A DNA stretch of 64,000 nucleotides from Vicugna vicugna. Lineage: Eukaryota. A program made the position numbers and the translations under genes. The stretch spans positions 4,015,239 to 4,079,238 of the forward strand of contig MU058384.1 in assembly GCA_013265495.1 (NCBI GenBank), read 5' to 3'. Positions within the stretch are counted from its first letter, which is position 1. Each line of letters starts with the position of its first letter. The notes under the pieces are model-generated. The model was not told where the DNA came from and ran no database searches. It saw only the letters and a program-made list of their open reading frames with translations. This document shows, in pieces, positions 25,021 through 38,425 of the stretch.

Positions 25021-28000
25021 ATGACAAAAATTAGAGAATATTAAAAGCAGCAAGGGAAGAGCAACAAATAACATACAAGTTAAGTCCCATAAGGCTATCA
25101 GCTGATTTTTCAGCAGAAACTCTGTAGGCCAGAAGGTAGTGGCACAATATATTTAAGATGATAAAAAAAACCTACAACCAAGAATACTCTACCCAGCAAG
25201 GTTCCCATTCAGATCTGATGGAGAAATTAAAAGCTTTATAGACAAGCAAAACCTAAGAGTTCAGCACCACCTAACCAGCTTTATGACATATGTTAAAGGA
25301 AATTCTCTGGGTGAAAAAGGCTGCAACTAGAAGTAAGAAAATTACAAAATGAATGAGGTAAACATACACTAAAGGTAGGAAATCATCTACACACAAAGCT
25401 AGTAGGGAGGTCAAAAGACAAAAATAGTAAAGTCATCTATATCCACAATAAGCAGGTAAGGGATACACAAAACAATTAGATAAAAAATATGACATCAAAG
25501 ACAATCATTTTGGGAGGAGAATACAAATGCTGGATTGTTAAAAAGCATTCAGCTTAAGAAATCAACAACTAAAATATCACATATATAGAGAGAAATTGCT
25601 ATATATAAACCTCATGGTAACCACAAACCAAAAATCTGTACGAGATACACAAAAAGAGAAAGGACTAATGACATTGCAATCAACTATAATATTTTTTAAA
25701 AAGAGAGAAAGGAATTCAAACATAATACTAAAGATAGTCATCAAATCACAAGAGAGCAAAAGAAGGGGGAAAAAAGACCTACAAAAATGAACCCAAAACA
25801 ATTAACAAAATGGCAGTAAGAGCATACATATCAATAATTACCCTAAATGTAAATGGACTAAATGCTCCAATCAAATAACATTGACTGACTGAATGGATGC
25901 CAAAACATGTATATGTATGCTGTGTAAGGAGACTCATTTCAGATCTAGAGACACAGACTGAAATTTGGGGATGGAAAAAGGTATTCCATGCACATGGAAA
26001 TCAAAATAAAGCCAGAGTAGCAATACTTACATCAGATAAAATGAACTTTAAAAAAAAGTTTGTTACAAGAGACAAAAGACACTACATGATGATCAAGGGA
26101 TCGATCCAAGAAAAAGATGTAACAATTGTAAATATACATGCACCCAACAAAGGAGCAGCTAAATACATAAGGCAAACATTAATGGATATAAAAGGAGAAA
26201 TCAACAGTAACACAATAATAGTAGGGGACTTTGACACCCCACTTACATCAATGGACAGATCATCCAGATTGAAAATCAATAAGGAAACATGGGCCTTAAA
26301 TGACAAATTAGACCACATGGAATTAATTGATATTTATAGCGTATTCCAGCCAAAAGCAGCAGAATCCACATTCTTTTCAAGTGTACATGAAACATTCTCC
26401 AGGATAGATCACATGTTAGGCACAAAACAAGCCTTGATAAATTTAAGAAAATTAAAAACATAACAAGCATCCTTTACAACCACAACACTACAAGACTAGA
26501 AACAAACTACAAGAAAAAACTGTTAAAACACACACGCACATGGAGGCTAAACAATATGCTACTTAACAACCAATGGGTCACCGAAGAAATCAAGGAAGTA
26601 AAAAAAATACCTAGAAACAAATGAAAATGAAAACATGACAATCCAACACCTGTGGGACAGAGCAAAAGCAGTTCTAATGGAAGTTTATAGTGATACAAGC
26701 TTACCTCAGAAAACAAGAAAAATCGCAAATAAAAAACCTAATCTTACATCTAAAGAAACTAGAGGAAGAACAAACCCCAAATTTAGTAGAAGGAAAGAAA
26801 TTATAAATATTAGAGCAGATAAATAAAAGAGACTTTAAAAAAAATGGAAAACATCAATGAAACTGAAAGCTGTTTCTTTGAAAAGATAAAATTGATAAAC
26901 CTTTAGCCAGACTCACCAAGAAAAAAGGAGAGAGGGCCCAAATCAATAAAATCAGAAATGAAAAAGAAGTTAAAACCAACACCACGGAAATACAAAGAAT
27001 CATAAGAGACTACTCTGAACAACTATATGCTAAAGAAAATGCACATAGAAATAAGTGAACAAATTCTTAGGAAGGTACAATCTCCCAAGACTGAACCAGG
27101 AAGAAATTACCAGGGCTGAAATTGAATCAGTAATTTTTTAAACTCCCAACAAACAAAAGTCCAGGACCAGATGGCTCCCCAGGTTATTTCTACCAAACAT
27201 ATAGAGACTTATAACATCTATCCTTCTGAAACTATTCCAAAAAATTGCAGAGGAAGGAACACTTCCAAGCTCATTCTATGAGGCCAGCATCACCCTGATA
27301 CCAAAACCAAAGGTATCACAAAAAATGAAAATTACAGGCTAATATCACTGATGAACATAGATGCAAAAATCCTCAATAAAATACTAGCAAACCGAATCCA
27401 GCAATACAAGAAAAGGATCATACACCATGATCAAGCGGGATTTACCCGAGGGACATGAGGATTTTTCACTATCGCAAATCAATCAGTGTGCAATACCACA
27501 TTATCAAATAGAAAAATAAAAGCCATATGATCATATACAGATGCAGAAAAGGCTTCTGATAAAATTCAGCATCGACTTATGATAAAAACTCTCCAGAAAG
27601 TAGGAATAGAGGAATCATACCTCAACATAATAAAGGCCATATAATGCAGACCCACAGCTAACATCATACTGAGTGGTGAAAAGCTGAAAGCATTTCCTCT
27701 AAAATCAGGAACAAGACAAGGATGCCCACTCTCACCATTTTTATTCAACACGGTTTTGAAGTTCTAGCTGCAGCAATCAAAGAAAAAGTTATAAAGAAAC
27801 CCAACTTGGAAAGGAAGAAATAAAATGTCACTATTTGCAGGTGACATGATACTATACATAGAAAATCCTAAAGATGCCACCAGAAATCTACTAGAGCTCA
27901 TCAATGAATTCGGTAAAGTTATAGGATACAAAATTAATATTCAGAAACCTGTTGTATTTCTAGACACTAAAAATGAACCATCAGAAAAAGAAATTAAAGA

Positions 28001-28670
28001 AACAGTCCTATTTACGATAACATCAAAAAGAGTTAAATACCTAGGAATAAACCTACATAAGGAGGTAAAAAACCTATGATCAGAAAACTGCAAGACACTG
28101 ATGAAAGAAACGGAAGACAACACAAACAGATGGAAAGATAAGCCATGTTCTTGGATTGGAAGAATATTGTTAAAATGACCATACTACCCCATGACCATTC
28201 TACCCAAGGCAGTCTACAGGTTCAATGCAATATGCACTTGGAAAAGAATCTGAAAAAAGAAAATACATATGTATGTATATGTATAACTGAATCAGTTTGC
28301 TGTACACCTGAAACTAACATTGCAAATCAACTACACTTAAATAAAAAATTTTAAAGGGATTGCATTGCAACAAACTAGTGAATATAACAAAAAAACAGAC
28401 TCACAGAACAAACTAGGAGTTACTAATGAGGAGAGAGAAGTGAGGAGGGGCAGTATATAGGGGTGAGAGATTGAGAGGTACAAATTATTAGGTATAAAAT
28501 AAGCCGCAGGGATATACTGTCCAACACAGGGAATGTAGCCAATATTTTGTGATAACTATAAATGGAGTGTAACCTTTGGAAATTGTCAGTCACTATGTTG
28601 TACATCTGTAAACTTGTATAGTATTATACATCAACTGTATGTCAAAAAAAATAAATTAAAATTAAAAATA
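25021..28670 (+). mobile_element. 5'-truncated L1 (ORF1 end, ORF2 endonuclease and RT, internal deletion, 3'UTR)
   Basis: ORF 25897..26463 is the L1 endonuclease (N.HAPN.GA, IIVGDF.TPL, SRIDH). ORF 27825..28079 is the RT (SLFAGDMILY, KYLGINL). Probable TSD aag(t/c)aattttagaaa at 25006-25020 and 28671-28685. Many frameshifts. Confidence 0.93.
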
Positions 28671-28749
28671 AAGCAATTTTAGAAATTAGTGCCAAGATTA
28701 ATAAAGTTCAAAAGAAAGAGTTTTAAATCACTGTTTAAAAATATACACT

Positions 28750-28860
28750 TGGGAAAGAATCTGAAAAGAAAATATATATGTATGTGTATGTATAACTGAA
28801 TCTCTTTGCTGTACACCTGAAACTAACATTGCAAATCAACTACACTTTAATAAAATTTTT
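28750..28860 (+). mobile_element. Short L1 3'-end insertion
   Basis: gggaaagaatctgaaaa...ctgtacacctgaaactaacattgcaaatcaactac is an L1 3' tail. It is flanked by an (aaaa)tatacact duplication. Confidence 0.75.
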
Positions 28861-31800
28861 TAAAATATATACACTAAAAATATATTAGGATTGACAATCA
28901 CTTTTAAACTGTTGGATCTCAAACACCTTGCCAAAGATTAAAGGGAGAGGGTTAGAAGATGGGGATAACATTGGAAGCCACTGAGTGGTTAAGAAATGGT
29001 AGCATTAGACGGGTTTGAATACTAGGTCTGCCACTGGTGAGTCATGAGGCTCAGGAATTTACCTGCATTCTCCTGGTCTGGATTTCCATAATGCTCATCT
29101 CAGCGGGTTGTCTCAATAGTTATCAGGGGTGAATTAAATGAGAGTAAAGTACCCAGTAACTGTTCGATGTTAACAAGTTCTTTGTCTCCAGTTTGAGATG
29201 CCTGTGGTAACCAGAGTCTCTAGCCAGGCAGCAGGAAACTGCCCAGGAGGTGGGGACTTATTTGTTTTTCTAATAGTGGCCTTGAGTCTTTTTTTAAATT
29301 GAAGTATAGTTGATTTACAATATTGTGTTATTTTCTGGTGTACACATTAGGTTTTTTTTTTTTAACGTGCTCATTCTAGGTGTTATACCAAGCAAGCTAA
29401 ACAGATGTGAACTCATTTCTCTACAACAGTATTAACAAGTTTAGAGTTTCTCATTATTTTTGAGTTACCATATTGCTATATAATTTCATAATCACTCCTC
29501 CTCCCTCTGCCCCTCCCAAAATGTTTTCCTTCCAAAAAGAACCACTTTACATTTTTAGGTATTTGGAGGCCCTTCTTGACACCACTTGATACAATTAGAG
29601 TTATATTGTTTGGTACAAAGTTGGGGGAGAGTAAATATTGCTCCAGAAGTTACTGTCAGCGTGGGCCAACCCTCAGGAGGTGCTTTAGGAGGCTGGAGCA
29701 ACACGGAGAAATTTCTAAAGCAGTTGCTGAGAGGACAGTTAGGCAAATCATGTTCAGAATGTATCTAATGATTCCTTTTCCTCCCCAAATAGTGTTGTCT
29801 TACCAAAAGAGCTCAAAGAAGAGATAGACTAGGAAGGCAAGAATTTGGCCCTTGTTGGATTTGAGGGTCAGGAAGGGCACCCCTGAGTGTCTTCTATTGC
29901 TCAGTCTGGAGTCCTCCTTCCCCTTCAGCATGGTTGACAGGAGTTTGCCTCTTCGCTGTGAGCTGCACCTGCCCTCTGCTGTTGTTACATTGCCAACTGA
30001 CTGAGAACCTCTGGCTGGAATGTCAGTGTCCCAGACTTTTGGATGTTTGGAGTTAATTGGGGGAGGGTTGGAAAAGGTAAGTGGGGAACCACCATCAGTG
30101 ACGGACATCACATTGCCAAGGTAAGATCGGTGAAAATAAAATGGCTCTCAAAGCCACTGTCAGTGGCCCATTCCCTAGGGCCACCCATGCACAATGAAGT
30201 ATCTGAGGAAACATCTGGGAGAAGGCATGTGCCTTCTCCCTGGACTGAGCTCCTGTCATCCGTTGTGGCAGTGGCTGGATGATGCTCCTTTTTTTGGTTG
30301 TCTTTTCTGCCTTGTCTCACTTCTGCATTCCCTTACAGGAGTTCCCTTCACACCCAGGTAGACTACGGGCACTCAAATCCTTGCCACAGGGTCTGCTTCC
30401 AGGGAAACCAGAACAAAGGGTGTAGTGCTAAGGTCTACAGTCATACGTTTATAAAACAAATAACATCTCATCTTCTAAAACGAGCTTAGCTCATGTTCTT
30501 AAATGAATGAAGAAACTTAATTTGGAAAACCCACTCTAGTGTTCTCATTCTCATTTTGTCACGTAAGACACCAGTGAGGGGAAACGTTTTCAGCATAATT
30601 CAATTCTTCCTGGATATAAATTATCAGTAGGGAATGTGCTGTAACTTCTGGGTGGATACAGGCCTGCGATCACCGAAGTATTTCCCTCATTATTTTCCCT
30701 ACTCGTTGTGTTTGGGCTATGGGCTCCCAGCTGTTGAATTCTGTTTTCTTACCTTTGTACTTATATCCGAGGTCCTTTTGAGAGAGGTTTCTCCCCTTCA
30801 CAGTCCTTCAGGCCTCTCAGGGTGGGACCACTCCGAACCCGCATAGCACTCTCTGTGCTGCTGTTACCAAGTTCAGGAGAGTTAGAGTATTAAATTTGTA
30901 ACATTTTCTGAAAGAATCTAAAAAAAAAAAAAATCTAATAACCTTTCTAACAATGTGGTAAACTCAGAATCATATTACTTTTTCAAAAAAATAAATTGCC
31001 ACTGCTACATACACAAATTAGTTACCAAACCAAAAAAAAAAATCCACCTGGTAGCTAAAAAATGCCATTTTAAAATGATCTAACAATTTTTTTAAAAAAA
31101 ATATTAATTTGGAACAGTGTTATAAACACAAAGATGACCTACCTGCTGTTTCTTTTATACATATTTCAAGTACTCCAAGTTTAAATCTATGATGATTTTG
31201 GTAATATTTACTCAGGTAATATTTTAGGAATAGAGATATAGGAAGTTTTAGGCCAAAAATCCTGAAAGCCTGCTTTCTGATGGAAAAATAATCTATTGCT
31301 TATGTTTCAACAGGAAGGAATAAAATGGAAATGTAGCCTAGTTTATAAACTAGAACGAACTAGAGATGGAAATGGCATTCTATCCTAAAGACACCACCAT
31401 CGCTGTGTTGACTTCCAGGTTTCCTGAAAATCATGAGTGGTATTCCCCTCCTAACCCTTTGAGTCAGCCCAGAAGAAGTTCGTGTTCCTTTCCAATAGCT
31501 CGTGTAGGCTAGGAGCACACCCAGATGTGTTTGTGCTTCACTCAACCTAGAACACCTGCTTCTCATAGCCCAGCCAAGCCAACAGGTTTGGGCTGTAGCC
31601 CCAGTTATAGAAGAAAACCAGTGTCCTAACTGAGAGGCCACCATCCTGAATGCTCCCAGCCTGCCACAGCCCGGCCAGATTTTATACCTGTGTAACTCTG
31701 CTCCTGCTGGGTCTTCTGTTGGGACATTAGCCAATGCTGCAACTGCCACCCATGATGATTCTTTTACACTTGTGCAAGTTCTCAGCACTAATGGGACTCA

Positions 31801-32369
31801 AAATCCCCAATCTGCAAGAGTCATCCTGAGATAAAGAGGTCACTGCCCAGAGGCGGCCTGCAGGGCTTTGGTCAAAGGTAAACAAAGCCAGATGCTAGGG
31901 ACAGTGGTAAGGATAGATTTTAATCAGTAATACACTGTTGCAATAGAGAAAAGAATTCAGGGTAAAGCACACACAGCTTTAATTTGTATAGAGGTGATGG
32001 TGTTTTAAGGGGAAATGAGGGAATAAGGAGGGGGCTGAGCAGGTGCTCAGTAGAGCCAGAGAGGTGAAAATTACAAAAAGCTGAAAGGGAGGTGCTGGCC
32101 CATGTAAACACATCTGGGCTTTGTTAACTGGCTCTTATTAAGGTTGGGGCTCCTACTCTCCCACAGAGGCTGGGAGACCCCTGTCTTCAGGTGTGGGCTG
32201 GAACAAACTGTGTTTCTCAGTCCTGCCTTTGCTCATGCTGTTCCTCTTTTACTAATACTCTCTACCACATATGAGTGTTTGGAGGATTACAGGAGATCTA
32301 GCATGTAAAGATCTTAGCACCATGCTAAACCCATAGTAAGCATTTGGTATTTATCAGCTAAATAAAAAG

Positions 32370-32700
32370 ACTCAAGCAGAAATAGAATCAAAACAGAAAC
32401 AGATTACAAAACAGAATTGCAGACATAGAAAACAAACTTATGGTTACCAGGAGAGGGAGGGGCTGGGAAGGGATAAAATGGAGTCCAAGATTCGCAGATA
32501 CTAACTACTATATAAAAAATAGATAAACAACAAGTTTCTTCAGTATAGCACAGGGAACTATATTCAATATCTTGTAGTAACCTATAATGAAAAAGAATAT
32601 GAAAACAAATATATGTATGTATATGTATGACTGAAATATTATGCTGTACAGCAGAAATTGACACAACATTGTAAACTGACTATGCTTCAATTAAAATTTT
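32370..32700 (+). mobile_element. L1 3'UTR fragment
   Basis: acagaaacaga...atagcacagggaactatattcaatatcttgtagtaacctataatgaaaaagaat is a cetartiodactyl-type L1 3' end. Confidence 0.85.
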
Positions 32701-35700
32701 TTAAGTTGAAAAAGTAAAAAGGCAAAAACACTAACATTAAAATAGAAAGGAAGGGTGGCTTCTTCTTATCACCTTTCTTTGCAGGAGCCATCCTGCCAGT
32801 CCCAGGGTTTTTAAGAATCTACAGTTAATGTGGATGAGAACTAACTGATGATTATCTATAAATAAAGTTCTAGAACCACGAAAAAAAAAAACCAAACCCA
32901 AAAAAACATTAACATCTCCAGTGATAAGTATTAATACCACCAGTCCTAGTCACGGGACAGATCCACGTACGTGTCCTCATATGACACACTGAGAAAACAT
33001 GGCATTTCGATATTCCTGCCAAAAATGCATAACCTAAATTTAATGGCGATGAAACATCAGACAGTCCCAAAATAAAAAGGATTTTACAAAGTAACAGGCC
33101 TGTACTCTTCAAAATGTTAAGGCCATGAAAGACAAGGAAAGACAAACATTTCCAGATCTAAGGAGACTAAAAAGAAAATGTAAGAACTAAATGCACATAT
33201 ACTCCTGGATTGGCTCCTTTGTTTATAGGAGACAGCATTGGAAGGACAGGCAAAGCAAATGTTGGGGGGCAGGGGGGTATGTGAAATAGCTGGTGGTGAG
33301 GGACCAGTGTTAATTTCTAGACTGCTCTCTTCAGGTGGGAGGGTGCTCATTAGGAACTGTGAACTGAAGTATAAGCGGTTAATAGGGAGCACGTATATCT
33401 GTAAACCTCAAATAGCTTAGAGGGAAAACACATGTAATATACATATAATATGTATATACGTGTGTGTGGTATCTGTGTGTCTGTGTATGTATGTACACAG
33501 ATTCAATGATGTAAAAAGCTAACTGGGGAATCTGTATGAAGGGTGTATGGGAGTTCTTTGTGTTGTTTCTGTGATTTTCCAGAATTTGAAGTTATTCCAA
33601 AATCTTTAAATGTTTCAATATATATACATAAGTTTGGGGTGATCTCTGTTCCTTCTGCCTGCAGTTAGCACAGAAAATATGACAGTTATAACCTAGTTTA
33701 AAGATTCCATTCACAGCTGCGTCATAAACCAGCACTACGACCATGAGCAAGTCAAACAGTGACAATGGCTTCTATTGAAGTCTTATTCTATGTGGAGACG
33801 GTGCCCAGACCACTTTATACACATTCTCCCAACAAAGTCAGCACCTTGCCCAGGACCACACAGCTGAAACGGGCAGGGGCAGGCTCTGAGTTCAGGCCTG
33901 CCTCCTGCACCGCTCAGGCTACTACCCCCCTGCTAATCCTAGTTTGTAAAAAGACAAAATTGCACTAAATGACTATTAAACCTCTTTTTAAGCACTCAGA
34001 TTCTATAAGGCACACTTCCAGGTTTCTTTTCTAGAGATTGTGATTCATTTGGTGTCGTGGTGAGGGTGTCCTGGGTGACTCTTGGAATCAGACTTACTGG
34101 GGTCACATGTGTGATGCCTTGGCCAGGGCTCATTCGTTCGAGGTGACATCTGGACCCCCAGCCTGGTATTTTCCCTTGACCTGCATGTGGGTGACCAGTA
34201 TCCCCCTCTTAGCCACGCTTTGCTGCACAGCACACTTCTGGAGCTGGAACATCAAAGCTGCTCTCTTATGAGGGGATCGAGTTGTAGCTCACGATTTACA
34301 TGCAGTGACCACACATCCTGGTTTGCTGGAACAGTTTCCATTTAGCCTGCTGTCCTGGCTAGGTACTCCTAGCACCCCCTTTTATTCTTGATAGGTACTC
34401 TGTTTGGACACAGTTTCTGTCATCAGGCTGCGGGACCCCTCCCTCCTGGTTCTGGCTATCAGAACTGCCCCTAGGCAGTCTGTCTCCAGCACACCCAGTT
34501 CATCTCCATCTTTAACCAGCGCATCTCTGACCAGATCATGTTGCACTTGGTCCATAAGGCTTAAAAGAACCACCAGACTCTGAGAGTCATTTATAGTTTT
34601 GCTAAACAGCAGCATAGATCTGTCTGCAAGCCGGAGCTTCCCGCAGTCTTTCTTAAAGTCACATATATACAGCTATTGCTCCTAAAGTCAAATTTTCAAA
34701 CCCAATTCTTTCCTTGTCAAAGACAGTGTAGTTACATAAACCCTAAGCGCCGTGCTGATGGCTTGTCTTCGTCTCATGATCACTAGACTCTGAAATATAA
34801 TTCTCTGTAGTCCTGCAGCTCAGCCTGGGTTCCCAGCCCGCTCCCTGGCCCTCTCTTGATAATGACATCATCACTCACTCTCCAGCTGGAGATGACAAGG
34901 GTTGCCATGACAAAACAAATAGGCTTTGCCAGCGAAGGCTTTTGTATGTGCGTGTGTGCCTTTGACTCTCAGGGCTGATGAAACCAGCCCATCAAACAGC
35001 CTGGAAATAACAGTAAAATACAGACGTCACAGGCAATATGACAAGATATGTTTTAAACACACATCAAGGCAATAGAGCCTCCCCAAAAAAAGGTCATTAT
35101 TTAAGCTTCCCAGGCCCCCCAAATCCAGATGTTTCATTATAAAATGTTTTCTTCTAATTCTAGATATAAGCTCTCCTGGTAACACTGAACCTGCTAAAGA
35201 ATATAATTTTTCCTCCTGTGCTTTATCCCTATTTTTCTGTAAATCAAAATGTGACAAGAACCATTTAAGTGAGTGGAGGGTCAACAATAATATGACTAAC
35301 AACAACCATTTGTGACGGGCTGACTCTGCCTCCATCAGACTCGGGGACTTTACCTTCATCATGCTGAATCCTCCCACCAGCTGGCAGAGGTGAGTATTAT
35401 TACTCCTATTTTAGAGATCAAGAAACAGAGCCAGCATTTGAACCCAGGTCACCTGGACTCCAAAGCCTGTGTCCCGTCTACCAAACACAGCCCAAGGCAA
35501 GTTACTCAAACTCCACAGCTAATGCTCACTACTTGGGCTTAACATTTCAGGGATTGGTGGGGAAACGAATGCAAAAAATAGATTTGGGAACTCAGGCACC
35601 CATGAGACTCACCATTCTGTACCCATTACAGCCTTAAAACAACTTAATGAATAAAGCCAGCACATAAAATCAACAGTCATAGGCTATAAATATTAACTTT

Positions 35701-38094
35701 ATTCCCCATTTTGTTCTGTCCATGCTGTTCCCATGGAGACATAACTCCTCAATTTATCTGGAATTCAAACTGCTCAGGGGATGTGACCGTGTGAGCTCTG
35801 AGGGAGGCGCGGTAGAGGGGCAGGCACTGCTTCAATTCCTGCCCGAGCACACCCAGCCCCTCTCCTCCTCGCTCTTTCTCCTCCTCCTATTTTCATTAGG
35901 AATCTGACGGCGAGATGGATTTTGTCATGAAATATGGACTCAGTAAGATACTTCTCCATCTGCAAACATTCTCAGGGAGAAAAAGAAACCTCTATGGTGA
36001 CCTGCCATTCGCAGGCGCGCCTACAGCCACCTCTCGGCAAAGCTGTTCTCTCAGGGATAGACACCATCCCTAGATCAGGTAGACGTTACTGATACCCAGG
36101 GGGTCTAATTAGACATTCCACACTCACGCTGGGCACTGTTGATTAAAACATTTATGCTGCCATTTTAACACTGAGACATATTTCATTCCCTGCAAACAGT
36201 ATGGGTTCTTGAAAATAAAAAAAACACCTTCAGTTTGTCTAACGTGTCATCAAAAGCTGCCTCGTGTTTTTATCTCAGTTGCAATTTCTAATTTGGCCAT
36301 TTCGGCACTATTTTCTTCCTTGTTTCCCAAGATAGGTATGTGGGGTGGGGAATTTAGGTCAAAAAATAAATTCTGCTGTCTCTTGAAGGGTCCATACTCA
36401 GTATACAACAAATTCTTGATAGAAAAATTAATGGCTAAGAACATTAGTATTCAAAGGCAAAACCTAATGATGATGATAAACAAAAGTCAAATTGAATTAT
36501 CTCGAAAAAAAAGAAGAAAAAACTAAGGATAACTGATTCCTGTCTTCAGTTTTCTTTTTGGTTTCTTTTCGGTCTTCAGAAACCTACAAAAATGACTTTT
36601 ATAAATCTGTGGTTGAGGTTCCTACTCCTTCTTTGCCTTGCCAACAGAATATGCTCCCCTAAAATTGGAACGGAAGTGGGAATCAAGCTTTAGTCCTCAC
36701 CTCACACATAAAAATCTCATGAACAGGAAAATAAGAAGTCATCATAGTTTCTCCAGGTTGCAGGCCGGCTGTGTCTGCCACAAGCCAGGCTTTTGAGCTG
36801 TTCATCTGCATTTCCCATAGAATCCTCACAGCTCTCTTGCAAGACAGGCAACAGTACAGCGATTTATCATTTTGCAGATGAAGAAACTGAGGCTCAGAAA
36901 AATTAAGAAACTACCCAAATCTCACGTTTGGTAAAAGCCAGAGGCAGGACTGGAACGTAGGTGTGTCTCATCCTAAACCTTCTTCTTTGTCTGCCGCTCC
37001 AGTGCTGCGCTTAGGCTGCCAAAGTGTAAGAAACCTGGTGACAAATAGTGAAAGTATTTCTTCTAAACCCCAAAACCGGGTATGTTTAAAGGGAATAGAT
37101 CTGGAAGATTTTCTTTTGATATAATAAAGTGCCTGGGACAAAATAAGAGTGAAACGAAACTTAGCTCCTCTTTCCTCAGAGAAAGTAACTTATACCAGAA
37201 AGTTCCACCAAGATAGTATTTTAACATTGCACCTCCATCAGCTTGAAAGTCTCCTCACTACAGGCTGACAGAGCAATTCTGTGGAAAATATTGGCACACA
37301 CCATTCACTGCCCTGCTTTCCCCCTCTACCTGATACCTCCTTCTGTCCCTCTCTCGGAGCCCTAATTCTATTCAAGGCCACTGAAAATGGGATTAAATGA
37401 AACACAGCCAGCCAAGAAATCCTTTCTAACCTTCATTTTAACGCTGGGCATTTTCTGAACACAGCATATAATCTTTACTAAGTACCAGCTGCCCTTGTCA
37501 TGGCCCCTTCTACGCTGGGATTCATCCTCTCAGGAAATGTGTAGCAAAGGGCAGGAGGACAAAGAAAGAACATAAACCGGCTGAATGTGTTCTTCAAGCT
37601 TTCAGCCTAAATGAAAATCAACCAAGCCTGCACAATGACATCAGGTAACACTGGCTGTTTGGAACCACGTGCTATGCAAATGAGTGTATTTTTCAAAGGC
37701 CAGATTTGTACTATTCAGAGGACCCGTAAGACTTTGAAATAAGCATCATTTTTCTCTAGTCCTTCATAGGACCCCAGAGTACCAGAAGCCAGTTCAATGC
37801 GGGCTTTAATATTTCTCAGCAGGTCTGTGAGGTGGCTTGTCACTTGAAATATGTGTTGCTTTCTGAGGATTATTTCAAATGAAGTCTGTGTCCTTCCTTT
37901 ATTCCTACAACTCTACCATCATCGACTTTTCTCCTCCTCCTCCTCCTCTTCTTTATTCTTCCTCTTCTGCTTCTGATTTTACTGGACTCCTTTACACCCT
38001 GTAGTTGATATTTACTGATTGTAGTTTGTGCCATTGTACTGTTTACCTACTCTTTATCCTTCCTTTCTTATAGCTTCTCACAAATGGATACTTT

Positions 38095-38425
38095 CTTTTA
38101 ATAGACTTAATTTTTTTAGAGCAGTTTCAGGTTCACAGCAGAATTGAGCAGAAAATACGGAGAATTCACACATAACCCTCCCCACCCACACATATATACT
38201 CCCCTACCCTCAACATCCCTCATCGGTGTGTCATATTTGGTACAGTAGATGAACCAACCTGGACACATTATTATCAACCAAAGTTCATAGTTTATATTAG
38301 GGTTCACTCTTGATTTTGTACATTCTATGGATTTTGACAAATGCATAATGACATGTAGCCACCACTATAGTATCATACAGAATAATTTCACTGCCCCAAA
38401 AATCCCTTGTGCTCCATCTATTCAA
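38095..38425 (-). mobile_element. Old L1 (L1MC/MD-like) 3' fragment
   Basis: ttttagagcagtttcaggttcacagcagaattgagcagaaaatac motif; minus ORF 38116..38346 has the typical L1 3'UTR pseudo-translation. Confidence 0.75.

Noticed and set aside
25897..28079. Endonuclease and reverse-transcriptase ORFs as a possible novel RT system or active element
   Set aside because: This is an ordinary L1 ORF2, fragmented by stops and frameshifts, 5'-truncated and internally deleted.
31360..31788. 142-aa minus-strand ORF
   Set aside because: No ATG start, splice context or recognisable domain.
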